In this document: in pieces, positions 43,433-53,097 of the stretch
Layout: each line of letters starts with the position of its first letter
Numbering within the stretch: position 1 is the first letter of the stretch
DNA from: Vermamoeba vermiformis
Lineage: Eukaryota
Direction of reading: 5' to 3'
DNA length: 64,000 nucleotides
NCBI GenBank assembly: GCA_045837725.1
Contig: JBEWZL010000284.1
Span: 1 to 64,000 of the forward strand
Translations under genes and position numbers: made by a program
Notes under the pieces: model-generated
The model's input: the letters and a program-made list of their open reading frames with translations, nothing else
The model's database searches: none
What the model was told of the DNA's origin: nothing

Positions 43433-46400
43433 CTATCTTCGACGCTGTGCGTCTTGAATCTCGACGTCAAATGTCTCTTCGAAATTTGCTAGACACGTTC
43501 TTAAAAAGTCAATGAACTCGTCATGATTTTTAAGAGCGGTAATTTGTCTTGCAAAATTTCTTATTCTGTTACTACCGGTAATATTAGGTGAAGTAAAGAT
43601 ATTCTTTAATTCCTTTTTGACAGGTGCTATATTTAGCGACGGATCCTTATCACGATATTGAACATAAACGTCGACAAGAGCATTATATAGCTCCTTTTTA
43701 TGTAAAGGTTCGTTCCACGTTTCAATAAACTCTGATTTCGGAATTTCAACCGGTGGATTTGGTGCGATATTTTCAGAATAGAATTGTGGTAATTTTTCCT
43801 TTACTGGTTCGACTTTATTCTCTACCTTAGGGTAGTGAATATCATGTATTCGGCGTTTAACGTCCTTAATTAGAGGTTTTAATTCGTTGTTATTCATTTC
43901 CTCCCTTCTTTTAGTTAATGATGCTTTTAACGCCTCTAGTTGATCAATATTACCAGATTCATCTATAATTTTGCGAATAATATCGCTATCCGATAATATT
44001 GGTTCATAATCTGTCATTGGAATATCGACGAAATTCGGATCTGGTACTGGAACTATGTCCTCGACCTGATTCGTAATTTCGCGCATTACTGGTAGCTCTA
44101 CGTATTGTTTCTCTCCTCTTTCAACGGCAGGGTCAAAACTGTCGTTCTCGTGTAATGAGACGAATTCTTTAGGAGTACCAAGCACTGAGGTACACGGTTT
44201 TAGGCGGTCTACGTGCACTGTCTGCTTGAGTGTCGTACCATCTGGTTTCATTAATCGATAGTTAACGGGACCTACTATCTCTTTAATCCAGTACGGTCCT
44301 GACCATGGTATACTAAGCTTTAATTTAGGTGCGTCAACACCTCGTGCCGGCCAGTAAAACCACACTCGTTCACCCAACTCGTATGAAACATCTCTTCGAT
44401 TAAGGTTATAGTACTCCGTCTGTCTTTCACGAGCGAGTTTGAGTCTATTCGAAACATCTGCGTGCATGTTTTTAATTCTTTCCTTAATGGCTTCGAGACC
44501 ATTCTTACTACTCGTTAACAATTCTAATGACACATCGGGAAACTTAAAGTCAACCAACGGGCGCGGTGAATATGTTCTTAATAACTCGAACGGCGAGTAG
44601 CCAGTTGAGGTATGTGGTGTGTCTCGGTATGCGTATTGTACGAAGGGTAAGAACAAATCCCAATCACCTTGGTTGTCATGTACGTACATCGATAGCATTA
44701 CGCACAACGTGTGGTTAAACCTCTCAGTTAAACCATTAGTTTGCGGATGATACGATGTCGAAGGAGCATGTTTCACTCCTGACGCTTCAGCTAGCGCCTT
44801 AAATACTTGACTCATGAATTGTGAACCACGGTCGGAGATTATTCTCGACATGGGTCCATATTCTAACAACACTTTCAAGAATTTCTTCGCTACTGTTAAC
44901 GCAGTAATATCTTTTAAGCGGAAGCAAATAGGGAATTTCGTAAAATAGTCAGTGAAGACTAGAATGTATCTATATTTACGTGGTGTCATCGGTAACGGTC
45001 CGAGAATATCAACTCCTACTATATCGAACGGGTGTTTCGCTTCGATGGCTTGCATTTTTCCTGCTTTCAAGACTCGTGGGGTCTTCTTAGCGATACACTT
45101 TACGCAACTGCGCACGTGATCACTAATTGATTTGTACATTTTCGGCCAAAAATATCTTGATGCGATCAAATCGAATGTCCTTTGAATACCTTGATGGGCA
45201 CCCAATGGATCATTGTGGAAATAATGCAATATTTCTTCACGATACTGTTCTGGTACTACGAGTCGAAGTCCAGCTGTCACTGAATGTTTTCGTTGCGGAT
45301 AGTATCCGTGATACAATACTCCATCAACCATGCAGTACAGTTCTGATTCAACTAGTATTCTCTTTGCGACGCGTCTATTATTGGGTAAGTGATCGTCTTT
45401 CAGATACGCAATAATTTTTCGCAATGTACGATCTTTGCTTTGCAATTTTGCTAATTCCTTCGGATCAACAGTATCAGCGAATGTATCGTAGGATTGAATA
45501 AGGTTAACGGGTAGTCTTGATAACCCGTCAGCGTTTGCGTTCTGTGCTCCCGGTCGCGCTATCACGTCAAAGTGATAATCGCTCAGTGTCATTCTCCATC
45601 GTGCGACTCTACCGTTATGATTTTTGAACGAATCAATATGCTCTAACGGTTTGTGATCAGTCATCACGACGAATTTCTGACCGTATAAGTACGCACGAAA
45701 GTGTTTAATACTCTCGACCATTGCTAAACACTCTCGTTCCATGATAGCGTATTTCCTTTCACTATCGGAGAATTTCTTTGAGAAGTACGCGATGGGATGT
45801 TCACTATTGTCGTAGTATTGAGTTAATACTCCTCCCATCCCATAGTCACTCGCATCCACTTGTAGAACGAACGAAACGTTCAATCTTGGGTACGCAAGGA
45901 CTGGTTGTTTCGCTAACGCTTTCTTTAACCTGTTAAATGACCGTCTGACATCACTATCAATACAAAAAGGTGCATTCTTACGCAATAATTCGGTTAACGG
46001 TCGACTTATGCTGGCATAACCACGAATAAATCGCCTGTAATAACCTGTCATTCCTAGAAATGCTTTGACATCAGTAACGCTTTGCCATAAATCGATATCT
46101 AACTTGTTAATCGCTTCAATCTTTGTCGGATCTGGCGACACGCCGTTGAAATCAATCTTATGTCCTAGGTACGTAGTACTATCTTCACCGAACGAACACT
46201 TGGAACGTTTCAGTTTCAAATTAGCGTTTCTTAGTCTATCAAATACACATCTAAGATGGACCATGTGTTCTTCGAAAGTTCGTGAGAAAATCAAAATATC
46301 ATCGATATATACGAGACACATTTTCCAATTCAATCCTGCTAGTACCAAGTTCATTAAACGTTGGAATGTCGCTGGCGCATTCGTTAGGCCAAACGGCATC

Positions 46401-47998
46401 ACGTTATATTCGTAAGAGCCTTCCTCCGTTATGAAAGCTGTCTTTTCTTTATCTTCTTCAGCTACTGCGATTTGATAATAGGATTGAACCAAATCGAGCG
46501 TAGTGAAATATTTCATGCCATCAAGACGTTCTAAAACATCTTCGATGCGCGGAATTGGGTACACATCTTTCTTCGTTACGCTATTCAGCTGTCGATAATC
46601 GACGCAGAATCGTTTAGTACCGTCTTTCTTTTGTACTAGCAGAATTGGACTAGACCATGGTGAACTCGATGGTCTTATAATACCAGCTTCGAGTGAGTCT
46701 TGTATATACTTCGATACGAAAGCCTTTTGACTTATTGGCATCCAATAAGCTCGTTGTTTGCGAGGTGGGCCGTCAGTATAAATTCTATGCGTAACTAGCG
46801 GCGTAGTTGATCTAATATCAACGGAAAACAGATCTTTATATTCCTCTAGGAATTCGATCATGATCTTTCTCTGTTCTTCTGTTAACCGTTTCGCAATTCC
46901 CGAACTAGAAGGTTCATCAACCGGCTTGGAATTAGAATGGGCGTCTTTGATAGAGGTTACCCTCTCATTCGAATCTTTCAAACGCATTTTCTCAATTTTC
47001 CGAGTCAGTTTCAGAACTTTGCGTCGAATCTTACGGGGCATATCATCTGGTGATTTATCACTCTTTGATGTATCTACGTAAGCAGAATCAGTATTTCTAC
47101 TATCATCAGTGGTTTTGACACTGTTCGACGAATCATTCGGCTTCGCAGCATTAGTCTTTTCTTCAAGGGCATCGAGCGTCAGAGCCTCTCCTTTCTCATC
47201 GCACCATATCTTTACATTATCTGACGCATATGCTATTGGTAGATTGCCCGAGATACTCAAACAAACGTTATGCGAAGTATTGGTGATAAAGACATCGACG
47301 TAACCATCTTTGACAGTCCGTAATTGCAACGGTACTTGTCCATGTGAGAGTTTGAACTTCGTCGATTCTATCAAATAATCACCATCTTTAACTACACCTT
47401 TAACCTTTGCTTTCACGTTCATTCCTGAAAGCGGTTTAATTACAGCTCGTTGTACTGACATTACGAGTTGACTAGGCGGTTCTACCAACGCCGTAGTCAC
47501 TCTGTTCGATGTTCCCTTTAGCACCTCGTCGGCCTTATCACTTACACCGGGTCGACTAAGCTCCTTTCGGGGCCAGATAACCTCGCCTTCGCACACAATG
47601 CGAGCTCCAGCAGCATAGAGTACGTTAGTCCCAATGATAAGTGGGAACGAAATTTCGGGTACGTACAAAGCGTACACTCTGATTGGCGTTGCCACCAATT
47701 GGATTGTGATATCCACGAATCCTTTGACGGGCATTAGCTCGTCGTTAGCGGCTTTAATCATATGCCCGCTATCAGTAGAAGTCACGACCAAGTTCAAAGA
47801 GTCAACAAGCTTTTTATTTATCACTGTTACAGCAGCACCAGTATCGATAAGAGCTCTCGGTACTGTGCTTCCATTCACGACCACTTTCGCTTCAGCGACA
47901 TTGCTAACAGTGCCTTTTGGAACAGTTATCGTTGACAAAGTCGCGACAATGAAAGGGTTGTCTTCGTCAGTTGACTCTTCTGACTCGGTCGAATCGAG
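43433..47998 (-). CDS. pol: Pol polyprotein (protease, RT, RNase H, integrase, long C-terminal extension)
   Basis: LIDTGA, VMPFGL, VYIDD, DASDYG...ERECLA...TDHKPL, HHCC zinc finger, DDE core (DILGP, SDRGSQF, NGLTERFN) and WSGPY. The frame is open from the codon after the gag stop. Confidence 0.95.
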   Translation of the reverse strand, partial: LDSTESEESTDEDNPFIVATLSTITVPKGTVSNVAEAKVVVNGSTVPRALIDTGAAVTVINKKLVDSLNLVVTSTDSGHMIKAANDELMPVKGFVDITIQLVATPIRVYALYVPEISFPLIIGTNVLYAAGARIVCEGEVIWPRKELSRPGVSDKADEVLKGTSNRVTTALVEPPSQLVMSVQRAVIKPLSGMNVKAKVKGVVKDGDYLIESTKFKLSHGQVPLQLRTVKDGYVDVFITNTSHNVCLSISGNLPIAYASDNVKIWCDEKGEALTLDALEEKTNAAKPNDSSNSVKTTDDSRNTDSAYVDTSKSDKSPDDMPRKIRRKVLKLTRKIEKMRLKDSNERVTSIKDAHSNSKPVDEPSSSGIAKRLTEEQRKIMIEFLEEYKDLFSVDIRSTTPLVTHRIYTDGPPRKQRAYWMPISQKAFVSKYIQDSLEAGIIRPSSSPWSSPILLVQKKDGTKRFCVDYRQLNSVTKKDVYPIPRIEDVLERLDGMKYFTTLDLVQSYYQIAVAEEDKEKTAFITEEGSYEYNVMPFGLTNAPATFQRLMNLVLAGLNWKMCLVYIDDILIFSRTFEEHMVHLRCVFDRLRNANLKLKRSKCSFGEDSTTYLGHKIDFNGVSPDPTKIEAINKLDIDLWQSVTDVKAFLGMTGYYRRFIRGYASISRPLTELLRKNAPFCIDSDVRRSFNRLKKALAKQPVLAYPRLNVSFVLQVDASDYGMGGVLTQYYDNSEHPIAYFSKKFSDSERKYAIMERECLAMVESIKHFRAYLYGQKFVVMTDHKPLEHIDSFKNHNGRVARWRMTLSDYHFDVIARPGAQNANADGLSRLPVNLIQSYDTFADTVDPKELAKLQSKDRTLRKIIAYLKDDHLPNNRRVAKRILVESELYCMVDGVLYHGYYPQRKHSVTAGLRLVVPEQYREEILHYFHNDPLGAHQGIQRTFDLIASRYFWPKMYKSISDHVRSCVKCIAKKTPRVLKAGKMQAIEAKHPFDIVGVDILGPLPMTPRKYRYILVFTDYFTKFPICFRLKDITALTVAKKFLKVLLEYGPMSRIISDRGSQFMSQVFKALAEASGVKHAPSTSYHPQTNGLTERFNHTLCVMLSMYVHDNQGDWDLFLPFVQYAYRDTPHTSTGYSPFELLRTYSPRPLVDFKFPDVSLELLTSSKNGLEAIKERIKNMHADVSNRLKLARERQTEYYNLNRRDVSYELGERVWFYWPARGVDAPKLKLSIPWSGPYWIKEIVGPVNYRLMKPDGTTLKQTVHVDRLKPCTSVLGTPKEFVSLHENDSFDPAVERGEKQYVELPVMREITNQVEDIVPVPDPNFVDIPMTDYEPILSDSDIIRKIIDESGNIDQLEALKASLTKRREEMNNNELKPLIKDVKRRIHDIHYPKVENKVEPVKEKLPQFYSENIAPNPPVEIPKSEFIETWNEPLHKKELYNALVDVYVQYRDKDPSLNIAPVKKELKNIFTSPNITGSNRIRNFARQITALKNHDEFIDFLRTCLANFEETFDVEIQDAQRRR

Positions 47999-49705
47999 TC
48001 AGTCATCTCTCTTTCTCTTTCCAAGGTAAGGGCGATCACGATCATCATAATGACGATCTTGGTGACCTCCGCGACCTCCTTGGCCATAGCCATCACGGCG
48101 ATCTTGGTGTCCTCCGTGACCACCTCGACCTCCTCTGCCACCTCTGCCACCTCTGCCGCCTCTACCACCGCGAGTACCGGTTCTACAGTCTCTCGCGAGA
48201 TGGTTCCTGCCGCCGCACTTGAAACAGACGCCTGCATTTCGGAGTGCGTTAAGCATCTCAACGAAGTTAGGCACTGCATCTGTCTCATCTTGTTCCGTGT
48301 AGACTTCAAGTTGCGGTTGAGGGGCTTGCACGACGTTCACCTTGGCGGGGGCTGGAGCTGGCGCGTCGATGAGCTTGAGGTTCTCGTGGTCAACGACCCA
48401 TTGTGTCATGGCCTCGTAGGACTCGAGTCGATCCAGGTTGAGTTCAGCTTGGGCACGCATCGCTGGCGGTAACTTGTCCAAGAGTAACAAGATCTTGGTT
48501 TGTTCGTCACAGTCAGCATGGTGAATGAAGCAATGGTTGAACTCGGCGATGAAGATCGGCGCAGATCGTCGTAGATCCCAACGATAGTTGCGAGCAGCTT
48601 GTTGAGCGTGCATTCTATTGCCAGGTGATGGATAGGTTCGCAAGAGCCAGTTCGCAGCTTGCGTGATTGAAGCAGTATTCACGTCATATCGAGAATTAAA
48701 TAACGCTCGTGGAGCGTCATCCAGGCATTCATGAAAGAAAACCACTTTCTGTCGATCCGATAAATGGTTTGACGTGCATATGCTCAGAAAGTTCGTTAAC
48801 CAAGTCTTCGTGTGCCCGTTGTTGGTCTCGGGGTTGAAGATTTTAAGATTCTTTGCCTTTCTTGCTTGATCAAGACTACTGGATTTCTCCGGTGGTACAA
48901 AACCTTGCGCAAAAGGTTGAGAAGCTGGTTGGGGTTTCTTTGGACTCGCTTTTGGAGTAACAGGGACAGGTCTTTCGGTTTCTCGAGTTGCATCCAAATT
49001 CGCGGTTAGATTCGCGATCTGACTGGCGACTCTACGGTCCACCAATTCTTCTAAATTTCGAGAATCAAAGGAGCGACTTTCAACATCCTCTCTCCACAAA
49101 CGTAAAACATCATCAACGGTTAAATCAGCATCGCGTGATAAATCGTCGATGAAATTTCGTACGGAGTTTGTCGGTTGGCCTGTAAATTGATTAACCGTCT
49201 GGGAGTTATCCCTTCTGGATTCACCAAATATAGGTCCTTTCTTCGCGGGTGTCTTTGGCGGAGTCACCTTCGCGTTAGGTGTTTCGGCACCAGATTTGGC
49301 CGTCGATCTGGGTGGAGTACTCGTCTTAGGTGCAGACGCTGGCGTAGTAGTTGTCTGACGATTCTCTTGTTGTTCTCCACCGGGTTGGCGACGCGTTGCT
49401 TGATCATACGTTGCTGCAAAACCTTGTTCAAGCTCCTGGCGGATCTGATTCAGTTGCTCCTGCAGTACGTTGTCGATGTTCATAGGCTGGCCGTTATTAT
49501 TGTTAACACTTGTGTTGATTGCAGCAGGCTCAACTTCCATTGACTCGATGTTGACAGGCGTGTCATCGACGTCATTGTGAACAGTTGTAGCAGTCAGTGT
49601 AGGCGGATCAGCAGTTGGTACTTCAGCAGCAGGAACGGTTCTTCTATTTCCCCTCCCTCTTCCTTTGGCGGAAGTCTTAATGTGCGGAGATGTAGCGCGA
49701 GACAT
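47999..49705 (-). CDS. gag: Gag polyprotein
   Basis: First ATG at 49705. Capsid-like region (WLTNF...), zinc knuckle CFKCGGRNHLARDC and RGG tail. TGA at 48001-47999. Confidence 0.9.
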   Translation of the reverse strand: MSRATSPHIKTSAKGRGRGNRRTVPAAEVPTADPPTLTATTVHNDVDDTPVNIESMEVEPAAINTSVNNNNGQPMNIDNVLQEQLNQIRQELEQGFAATYDQATRRQPGGEQQENRQTTTTPASAPKTSTPPRSTAKSGAETPNAKVTPPKTPAKKGPIFGESRRDNSQTVNQFTGQPTNSVRNFIDDLSRDADLTVDDVLRLWREDVESRSFDSRNLEELVDRRVASQIANLTANLDATRETERPVPVTPKASPKKPQPASQPFAQGFVPPEKSSSLDQARKAKNLKIFNPETNNGHTKTWLTNFLSICTSNHLSDRQKVVFFHECLDDAPRALFNSRYDVNTASITQAANWLLRTYPSPGNRMHAQQAARNYRWDLRRSAPIFIAEFNHCFIHHADCDEQTKILLLLDKLPPAMRAQAELNLDRLESYEAMTQWVVDHENLKLIDAPAPAPAKVNVVQAPQPQLEVYTEQDETDAVPNFVEMLNALRNAGVCFKCGGRNHLARDCRTGTRGGRGGRGGRGGRGGRGGHGGHQDRRDGYGQGGRGGHQDRHYDDRDRPYLGKRKRDD

Positions 49706-49715
49706 GTTGAGATTC

Positions 49716-49728
49716 GTCGGGCGCACCA
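49716..49728 (-). other. Primer-binding site
   Basis: TGGTGCGCCCGAC lies 1 nt after the 5' LTR and is complementary to a tRNA 3' end ...GGGCGCA-CCA. tRNA-Gly is a plausible primer, but this is inference. Confidence 0.8.
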
Positions 49729-49729
49729 A

Positions 49730-49888
49730 TGTAGTGAGTCGTCCGAGTAAATAATGAGGCGTGGTATTCAGTGTAAGATAAGGCTTAACAAGCCTGATTT
49801 TTATTTAGGTATACAAATACAGTTTATCAACCGACGGAATCACATCTGTGAATCCGCAGCACGTGGAGTGTAGATCTACTCCACTACA
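49730..49888 (-). repeat. 5' LTR
   Basis: Identical by eye to 43229-43387 and followed by the PBS on the element strand. Confidence 0.97.
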
Positions 49889-50424
49889 GTACCAAGCAAG
49901 ATCTGCGACAAGACGAAGCCCTGGTGAACCCCTCGAAAGAGCGCGAACAAACACTCGTGAGCAGGCAAGAAGGCACTGACTTGGCCCAGAAATTAGGCGC
50001 CGTTGCCTACCTTGAGTGGTAAGTACAGCGTCATCGTTCCTATTGTAATAGTCATAACTAATCAGCACGTAGCTCTTCATTGACGCAAAGTGGTGTTAAA
50101 GAAGTGTTTGAAACGGCGCTCGCTGCCTCTGTCAAGATGAAAAGGCTGACTGGACAGATCCGAGACCGAGAGTGTGCCATGATGTGAAGCTAGAGTCTCA
50201 AGGCGAGTGCTTATGTAGTTGTATGTAGAATAGTGCCTTTTAAAATCGATCTTTTTACTCGTTCGCTCTCTTCTCGATATTGCAGTTCATGTCGTTTTGT
50301 GTGAACCAACTAACGAGCGTGTGCTCGGTTGTGCAAGAAAAAAAAAAAAGCTGGAAGGAAATTACCCATTTTTAATTATCAAAATAATACGCTCTCCACA
50401 ACAGGTTGCAAATAATATAATAAA

Positions 50425-52671
50425 ATGGTAAGTTGAGCATTTAATTGTGGATTTGGCAAGTTTGAGTAGACCCCGACTAATCCGCCATTAGGAGAGGTCC
50501 TCTCGCAGCGACAGAGATAGTCAACGAGACAGTCAAGACAATACTCTGCTTGAAGAAGACGAGGAGAATAATGAATGGGAGATTGATACAGATGATGAGA
50601 AACATAAAACAACCTGTGGTGAGCGGATCTGCCGAAAGGTAAATTAATTTAATAGCTCCTATAATACCAGTTATGTACCTCGTTTCCGCTGATTAATTAT
50701 TAATTTAAATTTTTTCGATTTATTTTTCGAAATTTTGCGCCAGATCCGTACTAACTCCTTATTTACCAACCATAGAAAAGGCACCGTTATTTATTTATAG
50801 GAATTGGTGGTGGATTAGTTGTGGCTGTTATATTGACGGTATTTTTGGCCGTCACCATCCCATCGATTATCAGAAACAATCCTCAATCATCAACAAGGTA
50901 TGCAACAAATATAATAATATTTTATGCTCAAATAATTATGATGATTTAATTAATAATCGCACAATCCCTTCACTTTCAGATTCGAAGATCTGCAGAAAAT
51001 TCTAATTTCATCAACCATTGCAATTTAATTATTCATATAATATTAACTTATACAAATATTCATTATTAACAATAATTAATCTTTTATTCAATTTCACAGC
51101 AGAGATATTTTAATTTTGATCTCATTCGATGGCTTCAAATACGACTACTTAAGCAAAAAATACACGCATCCAAACTTCGATAAATTAATGTCTCAAGCTA
51201 TCACTGCCCCAATCAAGCCTGTATTTCCGACTAAGACCTTTCCCAATCATTATTCATTGAGTACGTATTGTCACCAACACGCACCTTTACAGCCATAAAA
51301 TCACACTGAATTTTCATTATAATACTCATTTAGACATAATCACGTCATTTAATACGATAACAGTGCCTATTAGATATTATATATGATATTGTTATAGTAT
51401 TAATTGTTCTTGTCTAGTCACGGGCTTGTATCCAATTCACCATGGCATCGTGGACAATTCATTTTACGCGCCAGAACTCAATCAAACCTTCTACTATCGC
51501 AATTACACAACACAAAATCCCGCGTTTTGGCTTGGAGAACCTTTTTGGAATACAGTCAAAAAAGCAAACATGAAAAGTGCTACATTATTTTGGCCCGGAT
51601 CTGAGATCGCAATCAACGGGCAACAGCCTGATTTTTGGTAAATACTCATATATAGTTATTAAAGATTGAGATATCTAACCTGCACAAGGATGGCGTATGA
51701 TGGTGCAATGACCGTGTCAGAACGCATTGAGCGTGCCATGGACTGGCTCGACAGCGATGACAAGCCACAGTTTGTGACCGTAAGACACATACGATGTGAT
51801 TATACTCGCCAGTCTAACAACCTCATAGCTCTATTTCGATGGCATTGACACTGCTGGACACATCTATGGTCCTGATTCAGTTGACATGGCGGTATGACAC
51901 GTGCATTATTTCACGCGTGATTTTTTAATGACACTTTGACACGTTAGAGCGCGATTACAAACTACGCAGATGACGCGTTGGGTAGATTAATGAGCGCCAT
52001 TGCAGTTCGTACAACTGCGTTAATGAAGTTCAAGTTGGTCGTGGTTAGTGACCACGGCATGGCTCAAATGAGCGAGTCACGTGTCGTTTTTATTGAAGAC
52101 TACGTCAACCTCACTGATGTCAACGTGTTGCGCTGGTCACCTGTAGTGCAAATGTGGCCTAAAGATATGAATATGTTAGATAGTATCATGACCAGCCTGT
52201 CCAAGTAAGTCACTTGAACCTTTGTTTGACACGTGTAATTGTTTAACTTCGAATTAGCCTCTCGAACGCTAAGGCCTACAGAAGAGAAGAACTTCCTGTT
52301 GAATGGAACTACTCTAATAGCTCAAGAGTGGCACCTATTGTTGGTATGTATGATTATAACCTAATTTAAGCTTTACTAAGCGTTGTGAAGTCGTCGCGGA
52401 TCTGGGTTGGACAATCACCACTCGATCGTATTTCAGAGCTAATTGGTTTAAATTCAACGGCGGCGATCATGGCTTCGACCCTAAGTACACAGAAATGAAC
52501 GGCATATTCATCGGCAAAGGTGAACCATTCCTGTCAAATGTGACGTACAGCCAGATCCAGTCCGTTGACGTGTACAATATTCTCGCTCACTTGCTTAATG
52601 TCACATCGTATGCGGCACCCAATGACGGATCGTTTTATTGGGACATGTTTACCAATACTACAACTCCTTAA
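50425..52671 (+). CDS. Nucleotide pyrophosphatase/phosphodiesterase (ENPP/NPP family), type II membrane (multi-exon)
   Basis: Acidic N-terminus and one TM, then LISFDGF, PVFPTKTFPNHYSL|VTGLYP..HGIVDN, DTAGHIYGP, VVSDHGM and GDHGFDP. Confidence 0.92.
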
Positions 52672-53097
52672 ATACTGATGTAAATACATATTTCTCGTTT
52701 ACAGATCTGTGCCCTTATAATTATGCCTTCGATCCTACTATTCTATTGCTTTAAAAACTAGATGGTATAAAAGCGAAATTACCAAGGGATAAAACCAAAT
52801 AATGTTTAAAAAGCTTTAAATGCAATAGAAAAATCAATAATTAGTATTTACATTTAAAATAGATTTGTAACTTCCAAGGCAAAAATACCGTAGCAAAATG
52901 ACCGAGGAATTAAGAGTTGACATCCCGAACACCGAGCCATTTGCGGAATTGATTCTCGTGTATTGCACGAACATTAGCATAATCTATTGTATTTCTTAAA
53001 TTTTTCTGCCTTGCCTGGTTGTTTTCGAAGATTGTGTCACAAATACAACCTGGGTTTAAATTCAAGGCCACTGTCTGTCCACCACAATTGCTTATTA

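Larger units (their letters stand above)
43229..49888 (-). mobile_element. Full-length Ty3/gypsy (Metaviridae-type) LTR retrotransposon, 6660 bp
   Basis: Two identical 159-bp LTRs (TGTAGTG...CACTACA), 4-bp TSD GTAC (43225-43228 and 49889-49892), PBS, PPT, gag, and pol in PR-RT-RH-IN order. Confidence 0.97.
42526..50187 (+). pseudogene. Rho/Rac-family small GTPase disrupted by LTR retrotransposon insertion (this allele)
   Basis: MLQAVKFTLLGNRAVGK|TCLIFTY...LTLWDTFGG...YRRLFYTDT|DVFIVCFS...WVPDL...VPFIIVGT[element]KQDLR...GAVAYLE|CSSLTQSGVKEVF...CAMM-stop, which ends in a CaaX motif. Confidence 0.9.

Noticed and set aside
43388-43433. env gene or chromodomain in the element
   Set aside because: There is no room after pol, and no chromodomain motif was seen.
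47999-48001. Alternative genetic code (UGA as sense)
   Set aside because: Host genes end at TGA (8050-8052, 50185-50187) and Trp is encoded by TGG.
47926-48309. Overlapping ORF suggesting a gag-pol frameshift or third gene
   Set aside because: Pol is already in frame with gag. This ORF ends at 47926 and is a shadow of the RGG repeat.
49805-50080. 91-aa minus-strand ORF
   Set aside because: It straddles the LTR/Rho exon junction and is an artefact.
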